NCBI GenBank assembly: GCA_040377305.1
Contig: JBEIPA010000005.1
Location: 32,001 to 96,000 of the forward strand
Direction: 5' to 3'
From: Flavobacteriales bacterium
GTDB lineage: Bacteria > Bacteroidota > Bacteroidia > Palsa-965
Length of the DNA stretch: 64,000 nt
Shown: piece by piece, positions 41,259-49,708 of the stretch
How positions within the stretch are numbered: the first letter of the stretch is position 1
Layout of the letters: the number at the start of each line of letters is the position of its first letter
The notes under the pieces: model-generated
What the model was told of the DNA's origin: nothing
Database searches by the model: none
What the model saw: only the letters and a program-made list of their open reading frames with translations
Position numbers and translations under genes: made by a program

Positions 41259-41621
41259 ATGAAAAAGAACATTCTGATTTTTGCAATTACACTGTCATCA
41301 CTTGTATTCATTTCCGCTACGGTATTAGACGGCAGTCCAACGGAACACGAAACGTATTGCCAGATCATCGGCACGCGTCAAATGTTCTCCACCAAACTGA
41401 CCATTACAGTTGACTACGGTGAGCCCCGAAAATGGTTTTCGGATCAGCGCATAAAAGATGAAACCGGAAAAATTCAGAAGTTCAACAGTATGATCGATGC
41501 GATGAACTACATGGCTGACCAGGGATGGACTTTCGTTTGCGCGTATCCGGTTACGCATGATAACTCGGATGTGTATCATTATACGTTTAAGAAGGTGGTG
41601 GTGGAGACGGAGGCGGAGTAG
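41259..41621 (+). CDS. Conserved-type hypothetical exported protein
   Basis: Signal peptide; FNSMIDAMNYM...GW.FV. Confidence 0.6.
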   Translation: MKKNILIFAITLSSLVFISATVLDGSPTEHETYCQIIGTRQMFSTKLTITVDYGEPRKWFSDQRIKDETGKIQKFNSMIDAMNYMADQGWTFVCAYPVTHDNSDVYHYTFKKVVVETEAE

Positions 41622-41683
41622 GTTGTGCTCTTTATTATTCTCCTTGAAATCAAAAATTCATATTCAATCTAAAAGCTGAAAGT

Positions 41684-42385
41684 ATGTCAAGATGTACAGC
41701 ACCAGTTCATGGTCATCGCACAGCAAGCGGAGCGGCAAACTGTCCCGCATGCAGCGGCCAGTATGGCAGATATAATTCATACTCATCCTACCCATCATCA
41801 TATTCACCGCCTTCATACAGTTCAGGAAGCCGTGGTAACAGCAGCGGAAACTCCAGAAGTATGAAACCGCGTTGGTCTAAGGCAGGTTCAACACTTTTAT
41901 ACTCGCCTGCTGAAATAAGAACGCTTACACCAGTTCGTGAGAATGTTGAGAAGCGATCGTCCATCCCTGACCTACGCGATGTTTTTCTTTGCCACGCTTG
42001 GGATGATCGAAAAGGAGCTGCCAAAGAGTTGCATGATCTGCTTGAGTCCCGAGGTATCACGGTTTGGTTCAGCGAAAAGGATGTTTCGCTTGGTTCGTCA
42101 TTGCTTCGCGAAATCGATAAAGGGTTGGCAAAGTCTCGAGTAGGAATAGTATTGGTCACACCTTCGTTTCTAAGTCGCGTCATAGGAGAAGGCATAGCCG
42201 ACAAAGAGCTTTCAGCGCTATTAGCACGTGACTTACTCGTTCCTGTTATGCACAATACAACATTTGAAAAATTACGCGAGGTCAGCCCTCTCCTAGGCTC
42301 CAGAAGCGGCCTAAGCACACTGGAGGAATCAATGGCAGACGTTGCAGCCAAATTAGCGGAACTAGTATCAGTACAGTCTCAGTGA
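41684..42385 (+). CDS. TIR domain protein with N-terminal Cys/His motif and Ser-rich linker
   Basis: CTAPVHGH...CPAC; RDVFLCHAWDDR, VWFSEKD, LVTPSFL, ADKELSALL. Confidence 0.85.
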   Translation: MSRCTAPVHGHRTASGAANCPACSGQYGRYNSYSSYPSSYSPPSYSSGSRGNSSGNSRSMKPRWSKAGSTLLYSPAEIRTLTPVRENVEKRSSIPDLRDVFLCHAWDDRKGAAKELHDLLESRGITVWFSEKDVSLGSSLLREIDKGLAKSRVGIVLVTPSFLSRVIGEGIADKELSALLARDLLVPVMHNTTFEKLREVSPLLGSRSGLSTLEESMADVAAKLAELVSVQSQ

Positions 42386-42501
42386 ATGGGACGCAAAGGT
42401 TCTATCCTCTGAAGGTTAAACCTTCGAAGGAGCGACTTTTCGGACTTAGATTAGAACAATTACGAAGACATAAAGAAATATTTCTCTTCCCAATAAACGA
42501 C

Positions 42502-42879
42502 ATGACCATGCAATTGAAGCAATACATATTATTAGCGCTCCTAACATTCCTGATAATTTCATGTGAGTCAAAAAGTTCATTCGAAGAGCGTCGTGCTGCT
42601 GCCAAGATAATCCTCTCCTCCAAATGCGCCGTAGTTGTTGACGCGTCCACTGAGTTTATCAAAGATAAACGTCCGATTATTGGTGCACTGGTTGCAACCG
42701 TTGTTGAATCAAAATGCGATTGTATTACAGATTCTTTAGCTGTTCAGTTCGCCAATGAATACGACTTGCAGACAATTAAAGACATGGAGCACGAACCCAT
42801 CGAATCGCTTGCAGTAATATTAAACAAATGCATGGATAAGAATGACAAGGTGGTGGTCGACTGTGTGACAGAGTGGTAA
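42502..42879 (+). CDS. Hypothetical lipoprotein
   Basis: Lipobox IISC; CDC motif; start reassigned to ATG 42502. Confidence 0.55.
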   Translation: MTMQLKQYILLALLTFLIISCESKSSFEERRAAAKIILSSKCAVVVDASTEFIKDKRPIIGALVATVVESKCDCITDSLAVQFANEYDLQTIKDMEHEPIESLAVILNKCMDKNDKVVVDCVTEW

Positions 42880-42888
42880 AGTCGATCG

Positions 42889-43000
42889 ATCCAACGCATT
42901 TTTGGGGCAAATTCAACCCAGTTTACAACGATGAAATACAAAGCAGTTTCAATCGTCCCTGTTCACGGCGCAAAAAAGATTGTCGTCACATTGCACAAAA
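42889..43000 (+). pseudogene. Degenerate 5' fragment of the DUF4177-like gene with its upstream ATCCAACGCAT motif
   Basis: ATGAAATACAAAGCAGTTTCAATCGTCCCTGTTCA matches 40716-40750; frameshifted afterwards. Confidence 0.7.
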
Positions 43001-43190
43001 CAACAAAGAGCTAATATAAAAAGGTTCCATCCTTTGAAGGTTAAGGCTTTGAAGGGCTTTCTTAAATCATCGTCATTAAAGTTCACAAGGAACGAGACGC
43101 CGCTCAGAAAGTAAAACGCATAGTTCAGAAAGTAATTATGGAACCGCGCGTAAATGATATAATCTTCGTCTGTAAACCAAATTTAAAATC

Positions 43191-43409
43191 ATGGAACGGT
43201 ACAGAAATTTATCAGGAGATTCGGGTGTCCACTCCTTCGAAATTGGCGTGGACTACATCACGGTCAAATTTTCAGGAACAGCGCGAACATACACTTATAG
43301 TTATAGAAAAGCAGGTTCCGCTCATGTCGAGGCAATGAAACTTCTGGCTCAAAACGGCAGTGGTCTCAATAGCTACATCAATCGAAATGTGAAGAATTCA
43401 TACGACTAA
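43191..43409 (+). CDS. Small conserved KTSC-like protein
   Basis: Y.N..GDSGV..FEIG...I.V.F....Y.Y....AG...V..MK.LA..G.GLNSYI. Confidence 0.65.
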   Translation: MERYRNLSGDSGVHSFEIGVDYITVKFSGTARTYTYSYRKAGSAHVEAMKLLAQNGSGLNSYINRNVKNSYD

Positions 43410-43424
43410 TTACCTCCTCTTAAA

Positions 43425-43805
43425 ATGAGAGTCTACCTGACCATTTTTTTATTGACCATCACGTGTATTACGAAAGCGAATTTCTGGTCATCATACGAAT
43501 GCACGCTGAGATATGGAATAGACAATGGATGGTATGCGTCGACGGTTGATTATACAAATTATGGTAACGGTACATACGCTACGTATTCGCTTGCAGTTTA
43601 CGTCGAGTATAACCGGGTAACCGTTATTGACTTTGGAAATGGAGGTTCAGTGCACTCTGGAATCAACAATGAAGGCTACTACTATAGTGGTGGATATTTG
43701 AACTTTGAATACCAATATGGAACCATGAATATCGTTGCTGCAACTACGACAGTTACGGTTATGCAGGATGGATCGAGCAGGTATTATAAAATCCGGATAG
43801 AATGA
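43425..43805 (+). CDS. Hypothetical secreted protein
   Basis: Signal peptide, beta-rich 126 aa. Confidence 0.55.
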   Translation: MRVYLTIFLLTITCITKANFWSSYECTLRYGIDNGWYASTVDYTNYGNGTYATYSLAVYVEYNRVTVIDFGNGGSVHSGINNEGYYYSGGYLNFEYQYGTMNIVAATTTVTVMQDGSSRYYKIRIE

Positions 43806-43870
43806 TTTGTGAAAAAAGACGGCTACAGCTAACAAGAAGTTAATTGGTTAACCTCTAATATAAAATACAA

Positions 43871-44191
43871 ATGAGCAAATGGGCAGATTACCTAATTTCT
43901 GGAGTGTGGTTCACTACCCAGAATAATTCCAAACGCATTTCGCATGTTATGTTACATGCCGATAGTGATAGTGGTTTTGAACACGGTATCAAGACATCAG
44001 AATCGGAAGTCATCAAGTTGCTGAAAAATAAAAAAAGTGTAATAACGATAACATGGAATTATCCAGGTTGGCAGAAAGGTGCTGCCGTAACCTATGAAAC
44101 TGTCCAGGGCCAGGAATACTTGCGGACAGTAGCTAACGCAACAACCAAAGACAATCTGGACAATTCCATTTCAATGCAGGCTATTGCCTGA
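43871..44191 (+). CDS. DUF3892 domain protein
   Basis: ADYLIS.V...EYLRT.AN.TTKDNLDN. Confidence 0.75.
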   Translation: MSKWADYLISGVWFTTQNNSKRISHVMLHADSDSGFEHGIKTSESEVIKLLKNKKSVITITWNYPGWQKGAAVTYETVQGQEYLRTVANATTKDNLDNSISMQAIA

Positions 44192-44240
44192 TCCTTTGAA
44201 AGGTTTGCTCTATTAAAATAAGTTCTAAAACTTAGATGAC

Positions 44241-44495
44241 TTGAAAGCCCTATTTGTTTCACTCTTTGGTCTTTTTGCAGTAACCGCTATTATCACTCAT
44301 ATCTGGACAACGATTATTGGTTTTGATGAAGGAGGATTCTGGGGTGGCGTTGCCACGCTTTTCCTCCCATTTCTTTCAGAAATTTATTGGACGTTCAAAA
44401 TGTATGGGGAGAACAATGTGTATGCGGTAACTGCATTAATTCATTTAATCCTGGCGATTCCATTTTCGATGGTTGATAGAAGCGAAAGACATTGA
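44241..44495 (+). CDS. Hypothetical membrane protein
   Basis: TTG start; three hydrophobic segments. Confidence 0.5.
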   Translation: MKALFVSLFGLFAVTAIITHIWTTIIGFDEGGFWGGVATLFLPFLSEIYWTFKMYGENNVYAVTALIHLILAIPFSMVDRSERH

Positions 44496-44563
44496 TCAAC
44501 TTCAATCGTATCTGTAAGGTTCCACCCTTACAATGCTACCTTGAAAAAGAACCCTAACGCCAT

Positions 44564-44767
44564 GTCGAGGTTCTGATCATCATCGTGTTTACTTACGACT
44601 ACAAGTTGAAGGAATTTTATAAAGTGCCGTGGAGTGTTGCGCAAAAATTGATTGAACGCAGAGGCGGACTTGTTCAGAAAGAAGTGCTGAGGTGGAAGAC
44701 GATTGAAAAGTATCGGGAGGAGATTGAGGCGTTGCCGCGGCAGGAGGTGGTGGGGTTGTTTAGGTGA
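44564..44767 (+). pseudogene. 3' 204-bp copy of gene 29351..29815 (diverged direct repeat)
   Basis: Ungapped match to 29612-29815 with 21 mismatches by manual count. Confidence 0.85.
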
Positions 44768-44965
44768 TTGCGCGTAACATCCACTGCAAGTGTGTCAGCT
44801 TGTAAATGGCAGGATGTCAGAACAGTCCTGACATTTATTGCTTAGAACAGAATTTTTGTCTGTGCAAAACATCATACCAGTTCAAATTCCAAGCATTGAG
44901 CAGAACCCATAAAAAACGGTACGATTATTCCGGAGTCCCGTGTGTTAAACTAAAAAACAAATACA

Positions 44966-45289
44966 ATGACTCCTACATTTCAAATTCTTACTGGCAACGA
45001 CCAGAAGATCTACTTCCGACTGGTAGCTGCTAACAATGAGATTATTCTCAGCAGCGAAGGGTACAACTCACGACAAGGTTGCCTCAATGGTATCGAGGCG
45101 GTACGGACGAACGCACCCTACAACACTCGTTATCAAACTAAAGTCGCGTCCAACTGGAAAAACTACTTTGTGCTACATGCGAGTAACGGCGAGATTATTG
45201 GCACAAGTCAACTATATGATTCTGCTCAGGGATGTGCGAAGGGAATTCTTGCAGTAATCGATGCTGCTCCTAAAGCTATTATTAAATAA
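44966..45289 (+). CDS. YegP family (DUF1508 tandem) protein
   Basis: YF.L.A.N.EII..SEGY....C..GI..V repeated twice. Confidence 0.9.
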   Translation: MTPTFQILTGNDQKIYFRLVAANNEIILSSEGYNSRQGCLNGIEAVRTNAPYNTRYQTKVASNWKNYFVLHASNGEIIGTSQLYDSAQGCAKGILAVIDAAPKAIIK

Positions 45290-45298
45290 CTTATTTCT

Positions 45299-45685
45299 AT
45301 GACACGCATTTTACCTCAAATTGAAGCACTACAGGAAATACCATTTTTTCACCGAACTTATGCTAAGGCTATACTTGGTCACATTGCCAACAAAATCGCT
45401 GAAACAGATGAGATCGAAGTGGGTACTTTTAGCAATGGCGAGCAGTCGGGCTCATTTATCGGATTTGATACTGATGACTTTGAGGATACAAGAATAGAAC
45501 TTCGCTACGATCATACGGAGTTCTTTCTAACCGTTGAAGATAATTACGATGATATGCGGTGCAGCACATTTGAATATAGAATACCTGAAGATTCAGAACT
45601 GAGCGGAATGATTCCAGCTGCTGTTGTTTCTCGATTATTTCAAGTTGCAAATTCTGATGAGTTTGAACTCGAGGAAGAAGAATAG
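45299..45685 (+). CDS. Hypothetical acidic protein
   Basis: 128-aa ORF 9 bp after the YegP gene. Confidence 0.5.
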   Translation: MTRILPQIEALQEIPFFHRTYAKAILGHIANKIAETDEIEVGTFSNGEQSGSFIGFDTDDFEDTRIELRYDHTEFFLTVEDNYDDMRCSTFEYRIPEDSELSGMIPAAVVSRLFQVANSDEFELEEEE

Positions 45686-45720
45686 AAAGTAAAGTTTGAA
45701 TCTCACCTACTTTCGCTGAT

Positions 45721-45750
45721 TATCCGTTTACAAACGTTTGTAAACGGATA
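45721..45750. repeat. Perfect 30-bp palindrome TATCCGTTTACAAACGTTTGTAAACGGATA
   Basis: Half-site matches GTTTGAAAACGGATA at 18779, 27026 and 51950. Confidence 0.75.
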
Positions 45751-45900
45751 CGACCTCATGATGCAATGCTTTACTGACTAATATTTTTAGTTTTTTAAAA
45801 ATATCTATTCGATTTTAGACCAAAAAACAGGTTCGGTATAACGCTGATCAAAACCTATCCATAGTAGTTGTAATTTGTCACAGCTAATACTAACATCATC

Positions 45901-47784
45901 ATGGAATCTTTGGACGAGAAAAAAACTCTCTCAAAATCATATTGGGACTACTGCTTCGACCTATTCACCCAACCAGTACTTAGTGACTTTTTTCGTTTAG
46001 CGAAAAAGAAGTCCAGCGCAAGAAAAGATGCCAAACTTTCTTATAAATCTTTTGAAATAAAGAACTTCAAAGGAATTGATCATGTTTCGATTGATTTGAT
46101 AAAAAATAATCTGGTGCTATTACTCGGGTTGAATGAGTCGGGTAAATCAACGATTTTGAAGGCGATTGAAGCCTTCGACTACTTAAACGATCCAACCCAA
46201 GAAGATGATGAAAAGTACTTTCAAAATATTCGAAATAAATCACAAGTGAGTTCCAATAAGGACGTTGTGTTAACAGCCCGAATATCAATTGAACAACCCA
46301 TACCCGAGTTGCAAACTCAAAAAAATGCAGAAAGGCAATTATCGAATGATGAGAAAATTGAAATTAATGAATTTATTAATAAGATAAATTCTGATGGTGA
46401 AGTTTATATTTCCCGCGTGTTTCCTTTTAAGAGCGGTAAACTGTCCAAGTATCATTATCGAATTGAATCAAAACATCCGTTCTCGAATAATCTTCTATCG
46501 CGACAAGTGGCTGCGGAAATTGTGTCCATTTGCCCTTATATTATTTATTTCGAAGATTTCAAAGATCGGATTCCCGAAAAAATATTTGTAACAGAAAAGT
46601 CGGATGCATTTGACAGCTCGTGGTTTGATATCATTAATGGACTTTTCTTTAATACCGACGAGGAGTTGAGCATCGAGGAATTCAAAAAGTATTACTCCAA
46701 AAACAATAAGCGACCAGACGATGCACGGACAGTGCTCAAGCGTGTCAACAAAAAACTGAACGAAACATTTACAAAAAAGTGGAAAGACCTATCTGGGGTA
46801 AAAGATATTGATAGCGCAGAGTTAATTTACGAAAACAAACAGAGTCCGCATTTCATTCTAAAGATCACAGATTCCGACGGAACCACTTATTCAATAGACG
46901 AGCGAAGCAGGGGTGCACTATGGTATTTATCCTTTCTAATGAAGACTGAATTTAGAAGTAAACGGTTACGTAATGACCATGGCAAGCCAGTCTTCCTTAT
47001 CGATGAACCCGCTTCCAACTTGCACTCTAATGCTCAGCAAAATATGACTGAAGACTTCGGAAGGCTAGCAGAGAATACTTCCCTAATTTATACCACACAC
47101 AGTCAGTATTTGATTTCATTGCATAACATTAAGAACACTTATATTGTTGAACGAAAAAATGGGTTAGTAGTTGCCAGTCGATGGAGTGAATTTATTCAAC
47201 GGCCAGAAAATAAACGACCTGTCTCCTACTATCAGCCTCTTGCCAATCTGTTGAATATAATACCCACAACATTTGATGTTCCATGGAAAAAATGCTTGAT
47301 AACTGAAGGCCCTTCTGATAGACATATACTGTATACTATGTATTATGCTATCTATGCGGTCAAACCTGATTTCGTCATATACCCTGGAACCTCAGCCAAT
47401 GACTTGGATAATTTAATAGCGTTGAACATTGGATGGAATGCAGATTTTAGGATTGTTCTAGACTCAGATAAGAAGGGCATTGAACAACAAAAAAGATATA
47501 TTGATAAATTTAATTTGAGTGATAATCAAATAATGACTCTGCCCTTACAGAACGGCGACATTGAAGACTGTTTCGAGGAAAGCGAGCTCAACGATGTTTA
47601 TTCCTTGGCGGTGGGGAACGATCCTAAGACCCAGTTATCAAAAAAAGAAATATCCGCTGCTTTTTCAATTTTATCAAGCCGTGAAGATTTGCTTAAGAAG
47701 ATGGTCCGCCAAAACGTGTTTCACGTTAAAACCTTAAACATTTTCAAAACTATTTTCAATACACTTAGCAATCACAAAAAATAA
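45901..47784 (+). CDS. OLD-family-like ATP-dependent nuclease (ABC ATPase + TOPRIM)
   Basis: IKNFKGI, GLNESGKST, RSRG, LIDEPASNLH, TTHS, TOPRIM TEGPSD and LDSD..G, DIED. Confidence 0.85.
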   Translation: MESLDEKKTLSKSYWDYCFDLFTQPVLSDFFRLAKKKSSARKDAKLSYKSFEIKNFKGIDHVSIDLIKNNLVLLLGLNESGKSTILKAIEAFDYLNDPTQEDDEKYFQNIRNKSQVSSNKDVVLTARISIEQPIPELQTQKNAERQLSNDEKIEINEFINKINSDGEVYISRVFPFKSGKLSKYHYRIESKHPFSNNLLSRQVAAEIVSICPYIIYFEDFKDRIPEKIFVTEKSDAFDSSWFDIINGLFFNTDEELSIEEFKKYYSKNNKRPDDARTVLKRVNKKLNETFTKKWKDLSGVKDIDSAELIYENKQSPHFILKITDSDGTTYSIDERSRGALWYLSFLMKTEFRSKRLRNDHGKPVFLIDEPASNLHSNAQQNMTEDFGRLAENTSLIYTTHSQYLISLHNIKNTYIVERKNGLVVASRWSEFIQRPENKRPVSYYQPLANLLNIIPTTFDVPWKKCLITEGPSDRHILYTMYYAIYAVKPDFVIYPGTSANDLDNLIALNIGWNADFRIVLDSDKKGIEQQKRYIDKFNLSDNQIMTLPLQNGDIEDCFEESELNDVYSLAVGNDPKTQLSKKEISAAFSILSSREDLLKKMVRQNVFHVKTLNIFKTIFNTLSNHKK

Positions 47785-47795
47785 CATTTTAACCC

Positions 47796-48974
47796 ATGGA
47801 TTTAAGTCGTTATCTATCTGTACTTAGTGATTTGAACAACTACTCGCAAAATGAAGCATTTAAGCAACTGATATCTCAGTTAATTAATAGAATTGCTGAA
47901 AACAAACAACAAACAGAGATACAAGCCTCTATTGATGAAGTTCATGCGTTTACTCGTGCAAGTCCAGTGAATTACTATACCCCCTCCAGAATATACATTC
48001 TGAATAAGATTGGAGCCGCTCACTTTTATGGCGACGCTGCATTCAAATTTCTATCCGATATTCTAACAAAAAATTATTTCAATGCAAACAGCATTATTGA
48101 AGAATTGAATGCATACCTGCGTGATTTTAGTGATTGTCTAGAGCGGATCAGTCGCTCATATAATGTATTAACTGAACAAGGCTTTGTTCCCCACAAAATT
48201 CCAAATGACATATTCGAGCTAGGTGTGATTCTACCAACTGAGGTCACACATGATGAAATAATTCTCTTTGAAAAACAACTTCATCGATGGAACCTGACCG
48301 TCAAAATGTTCAATGAGTTGACATCTGGTGAGACTTCCAACCCTAAACTGATCAGTATAGAGAAGGGTTCTCCGCTTCAAGTGTTTATTGAAACATATGC
48401 ACCAACTGCAGCGTGCATTGCATTGGCAATAGAACGTATTACGGCCTTTTACAAAACAATTCTAGAAATCCGCCAGTTGCACACACAACTTGAGGAAAAA
48501 ACGGGAATGAAGTGGGAAGCAGTTAGTAAACATGAAAAGCAATTATACAACAATCTATTATTGGAGATAAAAAAATTAATTTGGGATAGGTTTGCAAACA
48601 AAAATGTTATTGCTGAAGAAAAACGTGCGAATGAATTAGATAATCACTTAACTAAAGAAATAAAATTCATTGCTGAAAGTATTAGCAAAGGTGTAGACGT
48701 AGAAATTAATGCTCCTCAGCCTGATCCAGAACCAATACAAAAATCAGAAAGCCCTTCGGAAGAAGATCGCAACCAATTTGAGAGAGAACTCGAGGCATAT
48801 CGCCAGAAATTATCTGAAATTTCTGAAATTCGAGATCATGGTAGCAGTCTAAAAAATCTGCCGCCAAGAAGTGAAGTTTTCTTGTCCATGCTAAGCGAAG
48901 AAAATTCCGAATTTGTTGACGGTGACGATAAGCCAGAAGAGAAAGATGAGGAGAAAAAACCTAAGAAGAAGTAG
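47796..48974 (+). CDS. Hypothetical helical protein coupled to the OLD-like nuclease
   Basis: 392-aa ORF 11 bp downstream; SIEKGSP motif, acidic/basic tail. Confidence 0.65.
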   Translation: MDLSRYLSVLSDLNNYSQNEAFKQLISQLINRIAENKQQTEIQASIDEVHAFTRASPVNYYTPSRIYILNKIGAAHFYGDAAFKFLSDILTKNYFNANSIIEELNAYLRDFSDCLERISRSYNVLTEQGFVPHKIPNDIFELGVILPTEVTHDEIILFEKQLHRWNLTVKMFNELTSGETSNPKLISIEKGSPLQVFIETYAPTAACIALAIERITAFYKTILEIRQLHTQLEEKTGMKWEAVSKHEKQLYNNLLLEIKKLIWDRFANKNVIAEEKRANELDNHLTKEIKFIAESISKGVDVEINAPQPDPEPIQKSESPSEEDRNQFERELEAYRQKLSEISEIRDHGSSLKNLPPRSEVFLSMLSEENSEFVDGDDKPEEKDEEKKPKKK

Positions 48975-48985
48975 TAAACTTTAGT

Positions 48986-49708
48986 TTAAGTAAGAAAGAG
49001 CTCCCTACCTTCTATTTGATTCCAATACTTATCATTCAGCGAACTGCACAGCTTCTTGGATTCATCCAAGCGCTGACCGACAAGTTCATTTTTATTTTCA
49101 ATCAGCTCTTTCCAGTGATTATAGTAAATATGTTTGAGCGTAAATAGTACAAACTTTAGAGGAGTAATGAGTTTATCACACGGCAAGCGCACCTGATTGC
49201 CGTTTCCAATGTGAAAATGCGCAGCCGAATGAATACACGGCCTGTACGAAGCTTCATCGGTATCATATCTCATCGACAATGAACTTGCATTCAATTCAGC
49301 TTCTATAGTATACTGCTCATGTTCTTCTAAAAATGTTTCACCTAGAATATCATTCGTTTCAGATTCAACTATTCCGTCCTCGCGAAGTTTATTTAGATAT
49401 TCATTGTAAGAAATGTAGTACTGAGGGTTTTGAAAATACGCGTAACGGATAGCTGGTAACTTTTCGAATTCTTGAATTTTGAATTCGAATTGAAAAAACG
49501 ATTCGTCAGACAGTAAAAAATCAAAATCAAAATTTCGCTTACCAGTGCTATAGCAATCAACGTAATCAGCACGCTGAGATGCAGCCTTAAATTCATCTGA
49601 AACTCCGTCGGAATTAATAATTTTCACTCCACGCATTTTGAGGAGGCCAAATTCCTTAAGGATTTCTGCAGACTCTTCAATTGAAATCTTGAATGCGGCC
49701 TCTGTCAC
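48986..49708 (-). CDS. DUF2290-like protein
   Basis: LLSDESFFQF, RYAYFQNP, RYDTD....HSAAHFHIG....R; downstream of an SF1 helicase. Confidence 0.75.
   Translation of the reverse strand: MTEAAFKISIEESAEILKEFGLLKMRGVKIINSDGVSDEFKAASQRADYVDCYSTGKRNFDFDFLLSDESFFQFEFKIQEFEKLPAIRYAYFQNPQYYISYNEYLNKLREDGIVESETNDILGETFLEEHEQYTIEAELNASSLSMRYDTDEASYRPCIHSAAHFHIGNGNQVRLPCDKLITPLKFVLFTLKHIYYNHWKELIENKNELVGQRLDESKKLCSSLNDKYWNQIEGRELFLT

Noticed and set aside
31732-42385. Canonical Thoeris, CBASS or Pycsar
   Set aside because: No ThsA-type effector, CD-NTase or cyclase recognisable
29612-44767. DGR template/variable repeat pair
   Set aside because: Mismatches are not adenine-specific, many are synonymous, and no reverse transcriptase is in the window
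40716-45685. Bona fide integron
   Set aside because: No intI; only isolated GCTAAC-like half-sites (e.g. near 43828) and no complete attC I could fold
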